Positions 11,499-23,008 of a stretch of DNA of 64,000 nucleotides are shown piece by piece. The translations under genes were made by a program, and so were the position numbers. The DNA is from a virus (taxonomy: Duplodnaviria > Caudoviricetes), in IMG/VR virus record IMGVR_UViG_3300021426_000077, positions 1 to 64,000 of that record; one strand, 5' to 3'. The notes beneath the pieces were generated by a model that made no database searches, was not told the origin of the DNA, and was given only the letters and a program-made list of their open reading frames with translations. The number at the start of each line of letters is the position of its first letter. Position 1 is the first letter of the stretch.

Positions 11499-13150
11499 TA
11501 TCCTCACCACTCATCATTTCAAGCTTCTACTCGTAGAATAAAAATAGGTTTTGTATCATTTCCTGGAGTAGAAGGCCTTTTAGTAGTTGTGGCTCCTGAA
11601 GTATAAAAACTATATCTTCTTTTAATAACAGACCCATTTATAAGTACATCTACCGCGGCAGGTCAATAAATACCACTACCATATCCTGCATATCCAATAA
11701 ATAAATTAACATATTTTCCATTAGGCTTGAATACTTCAACCGAACTTTCTGGAACTCGTGTTTCAAAATACTTATAATAAATTCGCATATGATTATAATT
11801 AGCTGCAGAAGCACTTAATTGAATACCTGTAGTATCATCTGCACCAGGAATTTGCTTACCATTAAATAATATATCTGGTTGAAGAGCTTTTAATCAAGCT
11901 AGTCTAGAAGCATTATCTTGAAAACCTATATCTGGAGTTCCATCTGATAAAATATTAAAATTAATACCATTATAATGGCCATCTCGATGAGCATAAATGC
12001 GCATACCTTCCATGCCATTTGTTCAAGAACTATATCCAATTCAACCTAATAAAGAATTATTGGAATCTAAAAATTTAACTCCTTCTTTACTAAAGATATT
12101 TTCTGAAGGTGGTGTATTATTGGTAATATTTGAAAGTTGGACTTTAATTGGTAAAGTTGTTTCAATTTTATTGTTTGTAACCGCAGTTTTTCCAATAGCT
12201 AAACCAGTTCCACCTGCTAAAAGACTTAAAGTTTTAAATTTTACTGGAATTGCTCCATAACTTATTACTGAACCATTATGTGTATCGGTTAAAGTTACTC
12301 GAAAACCATAAGTTTTATTTGGATTAAAATTTCCATTAATAAACTTTTCTGTAGTTCCAGATGATCCAGATAAAGTATCAGTTCCTACTAAAGTATATGT
12401 AGTATCTGAAGATAACTTATATTCAAATTTTAAAGATGATCCTGCGTAATTACTATCTGTACTTCATGTGACAATTACTTTAGCATAAGTTCCATCTTCT
12501 GAAGGATTTTGTGTAGAATCGCATCTAATAGCTTCTACGCTACCAATAGTAGGTTCAATATAATCTAAACTTCAAACTGCATATAATGCTAAAGCAGCAT
12601 TGCCAGTATATTTTCCGCCAGAATTATAAGCAACTGTCGTTGAGGTTGAAGAAGTTGCCCATCCTTTAAAAGAATACCCAGATCTTGTCGGTATTGTTGT
12701 AGAAAGTGTTAAATCTTGACCATAATATTTGGTCTGATTCGCAGGCGCGCCTTCACCGCCATTTGCGTTATAAGAAACAATATAAGAACTTAGAGCAGGA
12801 ATTGTAATAGTGGTCGTAGCAGTACTAGTACCATCTCTTCAATTAGAATGGTTATAAGTTACAACTTTTAAAGTAATGTTTCTTGCAGATGTTCCTCTTG
12901 CGATACTTTTGCTAATACTTGCCATTTGTTTCTGTACTGTAGCGCCACTAGCTGAATAAAAACTATTATTAGTAGTTTTCGCCGAAGTTCCATCTATAGT
13001 AACTGTACAGTCTACATAACCAATATCAAAACTTCATGCCATAGATTCAAAACCACCACTTAAACTAACACTAACCGCGGTGTTAGACTGAGAAGTGCTG
13101 TAATTTCCATATGCTCTTCAGTGATCTACTTCATTACCATAAAACGCCAT
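11498..13150 (-). CDS. Minor tail protein with a Listeria-Bacteroides (InlB B) repeat and tip module C, 550 aa
   Basis: VSYNANGG...TRSGYSFKGWAT...LYAVW repeat; GGTGLAIGKTA...ASAANYNHMRIYY...RVEAWNDEWWG; TAA overlaps the ATG of paralog B. Confidence 0.75.
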
Positions 13151-13181
13151 TTAAGCACCTCCTTATAACTCCTTTAATATA

Positions 13182-13988
13182 TTAACCAAGTCATTCTAAA
13201 TTAAGATTGCCATCACTATCTTGTACTCAATCTCATTTTCCAACAAGGTGATGTACATCAGAAGGAGAAATTGCAATAATTTCATATACGCCAGTTGAAT
13301 TAATAACCGTGCTATATACAAATGTTACAATATCTCCTGCTCTGATTAAATTAATATCTGTAAGTGCTTTTCCACGTCAATATATAGCTTTAGCACCTCT
13401 AGAATTAATATTTAAAGTTGGATTAGCAACTGTATTTCCATTTGTAAATTTAACTGCAACTATACCATTATTAGATAAAGCATAAGATGCAAAAGTTGCA
13501 GTTTTTGCAACAGTAGCAGCTGCAGTATCGCTATATGCGTATCCATTACCAAAAGAATAATTAGCATAAGTTGCATTATCGTTATCATCAATAGAACTTA
13601 CTTCTACTCAATTCGTTCCATCATATACAAAAAGTACAACTGCACCAGCTCTTCAAGACGTTTTGGCAGATGTGCTAGCTGTAGTTGTCCCATATCTCAT
13701 AATTGATTTCTCGGCTAATAAGGTTGTAGATCCCTTTGAAGGAGAAGCTGCAGTACCGCCATTATTAAATAAAGTTAAAGTAGGATTTGCTACACTATTC
13801 GTATTTGTAAATTTAACGGCTAAAGTCATACCAATAATAAAACTTAATACTTCTGTGGTATTAACTTCATTAATAATAACTTCTTTTTTAGCTGTAGCTG
13901 CGGCGGTTGCACAAGTTCCATAAAAAGTAGAGGTAACAGTATGTGTCTTACCCCCAGCGACTACTTTGCCGATAGTTTGGCCAGCCAT
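13182..13988 (-). CDS. Tail fibre adaptor-like protein, 268 aa
   Basis: N-terminus paralogous to the giant fibre (MAGQ...FYGTCxTAA...KEV); ends DGNLNLEW(TGA)LG-TAA. Confidence 0.7.
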
Positions 13989-14002
13989 ATCTTACCTCCT
14001 TG

Positions 14003-14944
14003 CTATGCTGGAACGCCTGTTGTGCCAGCTGTTCCAGTGAATTTATAAGCTGCATCTCCAGTTTTAACGGTAACAGCACTTCCAAGAGTAACAGAATCTC
14101 CTGTACTAAAAGAACCATTACTAATTGTTAATACGCAATTACTAACAGCTGCCGTTGCCCCACTTGCGGAAACTACTACTGTCTTTGCTGTAACCGGTTT
14201 TAAAGTATTATTTGTTGTTCCCGCTGTTTGAACTGCAATAGTTCCAGCAGGAGTAAAACTATGAGTATGATTACCTTTAGCCGCAGTAGATGCAGTAGAT
14301 CCAAGAGCTAAAGAAGGACTAATCTCTACATAAGCGGAACCACCTCAACGCCAAGTAAGATTAGTGGTTTTATCTACATAAATCTTACCTTCTTCACCAG
14401 TTGCGGGAAAGTTTGCTTTAGCTGTATATTCAAGAACATCATCCACATAGCTAGGAAGATATGTAGCATCAATTTTAGAACTTGAATTTAATGGAGCTAC
14501 GCCATTAGCAGCACCACGAGCATATCCTAAACCTGTTTCAATGTTACTCTTGGTTAAGATGTTACTTAATTTGCGGCGATGATAAGTTGTAGTAGTAGTT
14601 CCTCCACCCGCATACTGAACAACCGCATAGTCATTCATAGTGGCAGGAGAACTACCTTCACCTAAACCATTAATTGCTGTACTTAAATTTAATCCAATGG
14701 TAATTGTACCAGTTGATGTAATTGGACTTCCTGAGATAGAAATTCCGCCAGTACCAGATGCGGCAACACTAGTCACACCCTTATCATTAGGCGGTGCAGC
14801 CCATGTGCCGTCCGCACGAAGGAAGTGAGATGTACCTCCACCAAGTTTAACAAGACCTGCGATAGTGGTTGATGCATCTTGGGCATATAAAGTGCCTATG
14901 ATACGCGCAGGACCTGTAACAATTAAATCTTTTAATTGTGCGAT
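14003..14944 (-). CDS. Tail fibre-like protein, about 313 aa (apparent ATC start)
   Basis: AQLKDLIVTG...FLRADGTWAAP...VTSV...NGVAPL...LPSYVDDVLEY...FPATGEEGKIYVD...RW(TGA)GGSAYVEIS...HTH; ends with TAG. Confidence 0.7.
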
Positions 14945-14962
14945 AAGTCATCACCTTCCCTC

Positions 14963-15559
14963 TTAAATTTCATAAATAGTATCTACTTCAAAGCCTTCTC
15001 TTTTAAATATCTTTGCGGTATTCATATTATTTTCTCTAAAATTGACCGCAGATATTGCGCCAGTTTTTTGAATAGAAGGAATTTTTTCATCATCATCTAA
15101 TTGAAGTAGACTGAGATTTTTAATTTCTAAGATTCCTGTACCGCTAGCCGCAGTAGAACCAGTTCATTGATTTAAAATTCTTAGTCTAATATATTTAGTT
15201 GAACTACCTAAATTATCTTTAGATAAATCAACAGTTCCAACTTTACGATAATCGTTTACAACGGTAGATGCAGCGATGAGATAAATGGTAGAAGAATTTG
15301 AAGTTGCTGTTTTATTAGCATCAAATTTTTCAAAACCAATATAATATTGATTACCAGCTATTGGACTTGAATAAACGAAATCATAATAAAAAGTTTTACT
15401 AGAATCAATTTCTATATAATCTGTACCTAATGTTTCTGGATAATGCTGATTAACTCAAGCATTACCAGTAATTACTGTACTATCTTTGGTATATTCTATA
15501 GTACCATTTCCAGAAGTTACATATAAAGATTTAGGTCCATGCAATAATTCTTTAGCCAT
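14963..15559 (-). CDS. Hypothetical virion protein (carbohydrate-binding-like beta fold), 198 aa
   Basis: ATG adjacent to the upstream stop; YIEIDSSKTFYYDF...YIGFEKFDANK...TKYIRLRIL; open only in code 4. Confidence 0.6.
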
Positions 15560-17332
15560 TTATTCCACCACCTCTCCGCAGAATAAATTGCCTTGTTTAT
15601 CTATGCTTGCAACAGTATGATAAAGTTCTAATATATCCTCTTCAGACAATGCTGTCGCATAAATACGAACATCTGATATATTACCAATAAAAGCAGTACT
15701 AGCTGGATTTGTAGTAGTTCCTGCAGCTTCTGCTCCAATAAAAATACCATTAGCACCATTATATCCAATTAAATTCGTAGAGCCAGTTGATGTAGTGCCT
15801 TTTAATTCACCATCTATATAAATCTTTACGCTTTCTCGATCGCATGTTCCAGTTAACATGTGTCAATTATCCTTTAAAGTATTTGTAGCCACTCCACTGT
15901 TAACAGGTTTATATCCAACAGAGGCTATATAGAGAGAAAATTGAATTCCACTTGCATTTTCAAAATTTCATCCACCGCCTTCTGTACAGGATATTGGATT
16001 TCCTCAAGTAGAAAATTTTATTCAAAGATTTACAGTAATTGCATCTCTGACCATAGCACTTCTGCCAGCTGCGATAAAAGTTGTACCAGAAGGAAAATAT
16101 GTAGATGCACTATATCTGGGAGTATCGGTTGATAAAGTTAAATTAGATGTAGGTGTACCATTATTTTTATATCCACTACAATCTAATTCAAAATCATCTA
16201 AAGAAAAAATATCTGTACATTTTTCTCTATCATCTTCACAGTAGGCTTCTGAAAAATATACTTTATATCCTGGACCAACATAGAATCCAATTAAATCATT
16301 TGACCCACTTTGATGAATTCCTTCACATTTACAAAGATAAAAGCCATTTCCAAGAGATTCAACAGAAGTTCATATATTTTGTTCTGCTCCACCATCTCTT
16401 CCATTTCATGCGGGCATAACAATTTCTTCTGTTATTGGCAAACTATTTTCTTCTTTTACAATACATTGAATACTTCTATATCCGCCTTCAAACGCAGGAG
16501 ATTGATAGCATAAATATCCGCCTGTGCTCATTGGTGCAGTAGAAGCATTAGCTACTCAATGACTATACTGCTGATTAGGTCTAAATATATATTGTTTATC
16601 TTGATTTTGTCCACTTGTCCCAACTGCATTTGTACGACCTCAATGATTTCATCCTGCGCTGGCACTTGAAGTATTAAAAGTTGGATAAGTATAAGCATTA
16701 ATTAAAGTTTGCTTAATTTTATCTAATTTATAATGTAAAATTAATCCTTTAGATAATTCTTTAATTTCTTTAGTAGAAAGACAATGATCATAGATACGAA
16801 TATCATTTAACTGTCCAGTTAAATAATTTCCATAGCCAGATCCATTAGCTTGACTTGCACCAATAGAAAATAAGGTTCCTCATTGACTTTCATTTAAAGT
16901 CATATTATATTCTTGTTTATACTCTCCATTAATATAATATTTAATTTTTCCATTATTACAGGTTATCGCAATATGAAATCAAGTATTAATAGGATAGGTA
17001 TAATTAGTTATTCATTGAACATTTTTTCCACCTGGATCAATTCTTATTTTTCCATCAATTAAAAATAATGAAAAACCGTTACCAACTGTAGCTCTACAAC
17101 AGCCAAGTGTTTGTGTTGTACTAGCAGAAGTAGTATAAACTCAAACACTATAAGAATAATCAGAACCTAAAAATTTTATTGGTAAAGTAATATAATCATT
17201 ACCATCAAATTGATAGCATTTACCAAGTTTACCATCATTATTTACAGTAGCTCCATTATTAACAGCTTCTACACCAGATAATCCTTGTTGAATTAAATCT
17301 CCAGTTAACGGAAGTCAAACCTGTAAAGCCAT
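15560..17332 (-). CDS. LamG/concanavalin-like double-domain virion protein, 590 aa
   Basis: MALQVW(TGA)LPL...GKCYQFDG; LNDIRIYDHCLS and NISDVRIYATALS LamG signatures; W(TGA)FHIA and W(TGA)HMLT. Confidence 0.8.
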
Positions 17333-17341
17333 GTTGACCTC

Positions 17342-18118
17342 CTAACTGAATATAAAATCTAAAGCTTCTGTTGTAGAATTATATTCTAAATTTACTTTAT
17401 TGCTAATATTAATTCCACCTGTTGGAAGGATACCATCTGTGCGGAAATGGAATACAGAACCGTCGTAATAGACTATGTACATTCCTTTAGGTAAAGTATG
17501 ATTTGAAGCACTACTTGCTGTACCATTAATTCAAATTGGTTTCGCAGGTCAATTACTTGCGGCAAATGTAAGAGCAGACGCCGCGGTATTAGTATAATAC
17601 ATATTTACAATTAAATAGCAAGATTCATCTTGATTTTTGACAGGACTAGAATTTCATGCATGTATACTATAAGCACTTGTAGTTTTTGCAGCTGTGCCTG
17701 CCCCAGTGCCACAATAAATTGTAGGTACTGTATTACCATCTACATAATTTTGTCCAGCGATTCAACGATTATCAGTGGTTGCTGTACCGTTAACTTTAAT
17801 CTTGCCAGCGCTCCAATAAGTAAGTAAAATCATAGAACCTGCGCCATAGTGCGTTGTTAATCTAGTATTACCTTGATAATAACAATTAATTGCACCAGTA
17901 GTTCCACTTTTCAAAGTTAAATTTAAAGTTACATTATTAGCTCCAGCATAAGGTAATCAGTAAGCAATTGTTAAACCATCATAGAGAGCGTCAATAGTTT
18001 TTAATTCGCCAGTCCAAGAAGCACCTGCGGCAGTTTGAGTTCCTATTACGGTATGTATGCTGCCTTTTAAATCATACTTAGTATTATTAGGTAGCATAAT
18101 ATTTGAAATTTGTGCCAT
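17342..18118 (-). CDS. Tail fibre-associated protein, 258 aa
   Basis: MAQISNIMLPNNTKYDLK...ASWTG...LYDGLTIAYW(TGA)LPYAG...TRLTTHY; ends EALDFIFS-TAG. Confidence 0.7.
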
Positions 18119-18159
18119 TACGCCCTCCTAAAATTATTTAAAAATATTTCATATAAAAT

Positions 18160-18196
18160 AAAAAAGGCAATCTTGTAATTATACAAAACTGCCTTT
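18160..18196 (-). terminator. Probable intrinsic terminator
   Basis: AAAGGCA...TGCCTTT imperfect stem followed by a T-run on the minus strand. Confidence 0.55.
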
Positions 18197-18209
18197 AGTA
18201 TAATAGTTA

Positions 18210-19310
18210 TTAAATTCGAGTTAGACAATCTTTATATCTAGCTTTTAATATCTCGTTGTTCGGTTCATATGACAAAGCCTTAACTGCATATCCTAAAGCT
18301 TTATCATATTCATTCTTTTTGCTATAAGCAATACTTAATAGATTATAAAAGCCATATGATCAAGATAAAGGTTCATCCATTCAACCTCTAATTGGTTGTT
18401 CTGTTTTTAATCCCTCTTTTAATACACCAATAGCCATGTCATATAACCCACTACAAACTAAAATATCACCCAAACCTAAGTAATTGTCTTTATAATATTT
18501 GTTTTCTGCAATGCCTTTACAAAATGAATCCATACCATTTATTGCTTTATTTATTCTTAAATAACAATAACCTACATTATAATATAAACTAGCTTTTTCT
18601 CAAATATCTAGTTCTGGAAAATCTTCTGCATGCTCGAGGACATATGAATAAGCTTTTAATGCTTCTTCAATTGATCCCTTAGCTTTTTCTTCATTTCCTC
18701 ATAAGAATCAAGCTTGATGATCATTTGGATTCTCTTGGACACGCTTTTTAATTAAGTCTAAATAGAATTTTTTATCTCTTTGATAATCTGGAAAATGATG
18801 TAAAACTAATTTATCTCTTAAATCAATAAATTTAGAAAATTGTCTACTGTGAGTTATTCTATCCATTAAATGTTCATGTACGATCCCATCTCAAAATAAA
18901 TTAGGATCTTTACCATGAATTTTATTTAAAACGAATTCTTTTCCATTTCCATTTTCCGTATGAGATCAGATATATCTATAAATAACTCTAGGCTTTTCTT
19001 CGTCTCAATTTTCTCTAAGGACATTTGCTCAATCAGATGATTCTCAAAATTCATCTAAATCTGTACATACTCTAATATTATATTCATCTGGCACTAAAGC
19101 TAGTGAATCATTACGAGCAGTATCAAATCTAAATTCATCATATATCTTTTGATGTACTTCCACTCCAAGAGAAGATAAGAGCTCTACAGTGTTATCTGTA
19201 GAGCCCGTATCTAATACTATAATATGATCCGCGGGTGACATTGATTTAACCCACTTTTCAACATTTTTTTCTTCATTTTTAGCTATTGCATATACACAAA
19301 TTTTATTCAT
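18210..19310 (-). CDS. Glycosyltransferase family 2 with C-terminal TPR, 366 aa
   Basis: KICVYAIAKNEE...VLDTGSTDNT...FDTARN...DLDE...W(TGA)DGIVHEHL, then a helical TPR-like region. Confidence 0.88.
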
Positions 19311-19338
19311 CCTTTTTTCTCCTTTTTATCCTTTAAAA

Positions 19339-20718
19339 TTAGGATACAGTAATAGTAGCTGTGGTACCAGTAAATGTAGGCTGGCTTACGCTACCAGACG
19401 CGGTTGTACTACCACTAATTTGTACTTTAGTGCCTGTAAAGGTAGGCTGACCTACAGAACCAGTTGTTGTACCTGCCACGCTAATTGTTGCAGTTGTACC
19501 AGAGAATGTACCAGAATTTGCTTGAGAATAAGAATATTCTCCTTCTAACGCGGCTCCTGTACCAGTAAATGTCGCAGCATAGGTGTCAGGAACAGCAATA
19601 TTTCCAGTAACTAAACGTGCTCCAGTACCAGTAAATGTTGCAGTATAAGTATTAGGTACTGCGATATTTCCTGTAACAAGTCTTGTACCAGTTCCAGTGA
19701 ATGCGGGAGCACTTGATTCATACGCCGCATCTCCTGTTTTAACGGTAACTGCACTAGTTGTAATTGAATCTCCTGTTGTATATCCTAATTGATAAAAACT
19801 TAAAGTTTCATCTGCTACGCTATAATAAGTAATATTATTTGAAGGTGCGGCTGCGCCAGGGGCGGCTGCAACAACAGTTTTTGCTACTGTAGCTTTTGTA
19901 GGATTATTAATAGAAGCAGTTGCTCCTGCTGTTTTAACTGAAATTGTAGGAGCAGCTACGCTGCCAGCAGGAGTATAAGTTGCAGTTCCAGTTGTTCCAC
20001 TTACTGTTGCGGTTTTGTTTGTAGTTGCGCTAGTTGTTACAGTAACAGAACCCGCCGGAGTATAAGTGGCAGTACCAGACGCTGTATTAACTGCAGCAGT
20101 TTTATTTGCTGTAGTCTTTGTTGTTACAGTAACAGAACCTGCTGGAGTATATGTAGCTGCAGCAGTAGTATCTGAAGAAGGACCAATTACAACATTTCCA
20201 GTTGCAGTTGAATTATTTATTGAAATAGAACCACTAGGTGTATAACTTCCTGTAGAAGTCATACTTGAACCTGTAAAAGTTGGTTTGCTAACAGTGCCCG
20301 CAGGCTGATAATTACCGCTAGTATTATTTGCAGTAGTAATTGTTACTGTACTAGAAGATCCAGTAAAGGTTGGTTTACTAACAGTACCCGCAGGTTGATA
20401 TGAAGCAGTAGCACTATTTTTCTTTGCTAATGCTCCAAGGGAAGAAAGAGGTTCACCTAAAGAGTGCCACTTTTCATTGTCACCATAAATAAATTCTTCA
20501 TTTCCATAAAAGTATAAATCACCTACAGTTTTAGTTGTAACTGCAGCGTCATTTACTGTAGGATTTTCGTTTCCACCATCTGTTAGTGCTGTACTTGAAA
20601 CACCTTTAAAAACTATTGCACTACCGCCAGTAATTGCAGAAATTTGTTCTCGAGCTCAAGCGTCTTTAATATCATATGTATTACCATTTGGTAATGTAAT
20701 TTTTGAAATTGTGGGCAT
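19339..20718 (-). CDS. Thr/Gly/Ala-rich fibre protein with nested repeats, 459 aa
   Basis: MPTISKITLPNGNTYDIKDAW(TGA)AR...; repeated YTPAGSV and PTFTGT units. Confidence 0.75.
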
Positions 20719-20802
20719 TATAGCTGCCTCCTCTCAAATTGCATATTTTATATATTATTTAATTTTATCAATTTGAATTGATATTCCAGAATCATTTCAT
20801 TC

Positions 20803-21282
20803 TTAATATCGAGTTAAAACAAGAGTTTCTTGTTGTTCTTCAGCAGGTAGATTTATAAAAGATCCTGGAATAACTGTAATCCCAGAATTGATAAAGCTTT
20901 CTTCAAGTGGATCATCTAACCCAATAAAAGCATTTACTTTATTATTTCAAAATGCAATTTGATCTTGAGAAATAACTGGATATATGGGTAAATCTCCTAT
21001 ATAAGCCTTACCATCCCCAACTTTTATTCCTGTTTGATTTTGATTATCATCTAATATAACATATATTTCTCCAAGAGAAGAAATCTTATTTATTAATGTG
21101 CTATCATATACTTTAAAACCAGAATCTGGTTTAATATGGAGTCGTTTACCACTTTCCATATCTACATAAATATCGCCTAAATTATTTTTATTATCTCTTT
21201 CGACAATAAAAATGGCTCCATCTATTGTCTCATTAGGTAAGGAGGTACCAATTTCTCCACGATAAAATTTAACCTGTGCCAT
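20803..21282 (-). CDS. Tail-associated protein, 159 aa
   Basis: GEIYV...IKVGDG...DLP...IAFW(TGA)NNKV motif set typical of phage fibre-attachment proteins. Confidence 0.65.
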
Positions 21283-21327
21283 TTAGTCCCTCCTTTTAAT
21301 ACCTTATTAAAAATATTTTTTATTGTA

Positions 21328-21939
21328 TTAAGACAAAGAATGTCATTCAAATGCGGTCACCGCACTTTGGATTTCATCAAAAATAGATTGCATATTTTCA
21401 AATTCAGCTTTTTGCTGTTCCATTTGCTCTCTTTGTTCTTGATTTTGAGCAATTGTTTCATCTAATTGATCCTGTACTCTATCTTCAAGATTTGTTAAAT
21501 TAATTACAGCTTCTTGGAAAGCGCTATAATCATCTGAAGCTACAAAATCAGACCCATCATTTGGGTCAAGTAATACATGAATTATAAAATTAGTAGATGT
21601 AGAAATACTAACCTTATCTACTAATTGAATATTTGCTAAAACATGCCCTTCAAAAAGCATTGCCTTTGGATAAGTAATCTCTCAAGTGGGAGGAAATCGT
21701 TTGTCATTTTCGTTTTTAATTTCTGTAAAAACACTATATCCTCGAATATCTAACTCTTGATGATACCAACATAAATAGATTTTAGTTGTATCAGTAAATT
21801 GAGCTGCGGCTTCTTGTGTAAAAATTACTCTAAGCTTGCGGCCATCCTTGTCACTCGCGCCAACCGTTACAATTGGATTTTGTATCGCTTGGTTAAGTGT
21901 TTTCATATTAATAACCGTTGTACGCAATTCTGCTGTCAT
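21328..21939 (-). CDS. BppU-like upper baseplate protein, 203 aa
   Basis: DKDGRKLRV...W(TGA)EITYPKAML...STNFIIHV...DDYSAFQEA then coiled coil; two track ORFs joined by TGA. Confidence 0.65.
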
Positions 21940-21966
21940 TTACCAAAAACCTCCTCCCACATTTAT

Positions 21967-22998
21967 CTAATTTTCTATTTTATATTGATAATCAATTAAA
22001 AAATTAAAATTATTATCTTCTTTTAATTCATCTGTTACAACTATTCCTAAGGAAGAAATATCAAAATTGTCTAACTTATATTGATCTTGCATTCCAATTT
22101 TAACTTCTTCTCCATTAATATTTAATATTAAACCTTTTGGACCAGTAACTAATATACTATTTAATTCATTAATGCCAGATTTAATAGAAGCTATACCGAC
22201 ATTTGTTATTGGTAAGATATTATTTACCTTATAAAAATTGGCTTGAACTAAATCTAATGGTATAAAATTTCCATTATAAGTCTGACTTTGTTCTTCTCAT
22301 TGAACATAATTATCATTATGTACAATTTCTAATCATAAATATTTATATCCTTCAGTTAAATTATATTTTGGGGAGAAGGTAAAAGAAAAAGTTATAGTAG
22401 ATAATTCAGATAAATTTTCGGAAACATTTTGTAATTGTCACGCTTGTAACAAATTATATCTACTATATTGAACAGGTAAAAGACTATTTCAATTTGAAGT
22501 AGAACTATTACAATATTTATAAATTAAATTATCATTTTCATTTTTGTAATATAATCGTTTTGGTTCTGCAGATCCATTAAATTCTGTTGGTATATCTACG
22601 TCTACATAATTATTATTATTTAAAGTATATTCAAATAAAACCACATCGCTATAAAGTTCTTTTTCAGTAGAGGTTTTAGGAATAATTAGCTGTTTTATTT
22701 GTTGAAATTTATTAAAATTAATATCAAAAAGTTTACTACTATTTTCTGAACATAATTTTAAATTTAAAGTAATATCATATCATAAATCTTGAGGAACAGT
22801 TAATGTCATATAATAAGTATTACCATACTGAATATTGTCTGGTAATTTTATTGCAATATCTCTATAAGTAGTAGAACTATCTGGTTTATAATCTACATAT
22901 TGTTTATCATTTTTATTAATTGTTTTTAAATAACTAATATATTCAAATTCTTCAATATAGCGGTATTGTCCAATACCATAAGATATATTTTGTACCAT
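21967..22998 (-). CDS. Hypothetical baseplate-region protein, 343 aa
   Basis: IGQYRY...VTGPKGLILNINGEEVKIG...FLIDYQY; open in code 4, ends with TAG. Confidence 0.6.
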
Positions 22999-23008
22999 AC
23001 AATACCTC

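Noticed and set aside
9967-13150. Invertase shufflon or diversity-generating retroelement
   Set aside because: The modules share one orientation; no recombinase, inverted crossover sites, reverse transcriptase or adenine-only TR/VR pair was seen in the window.
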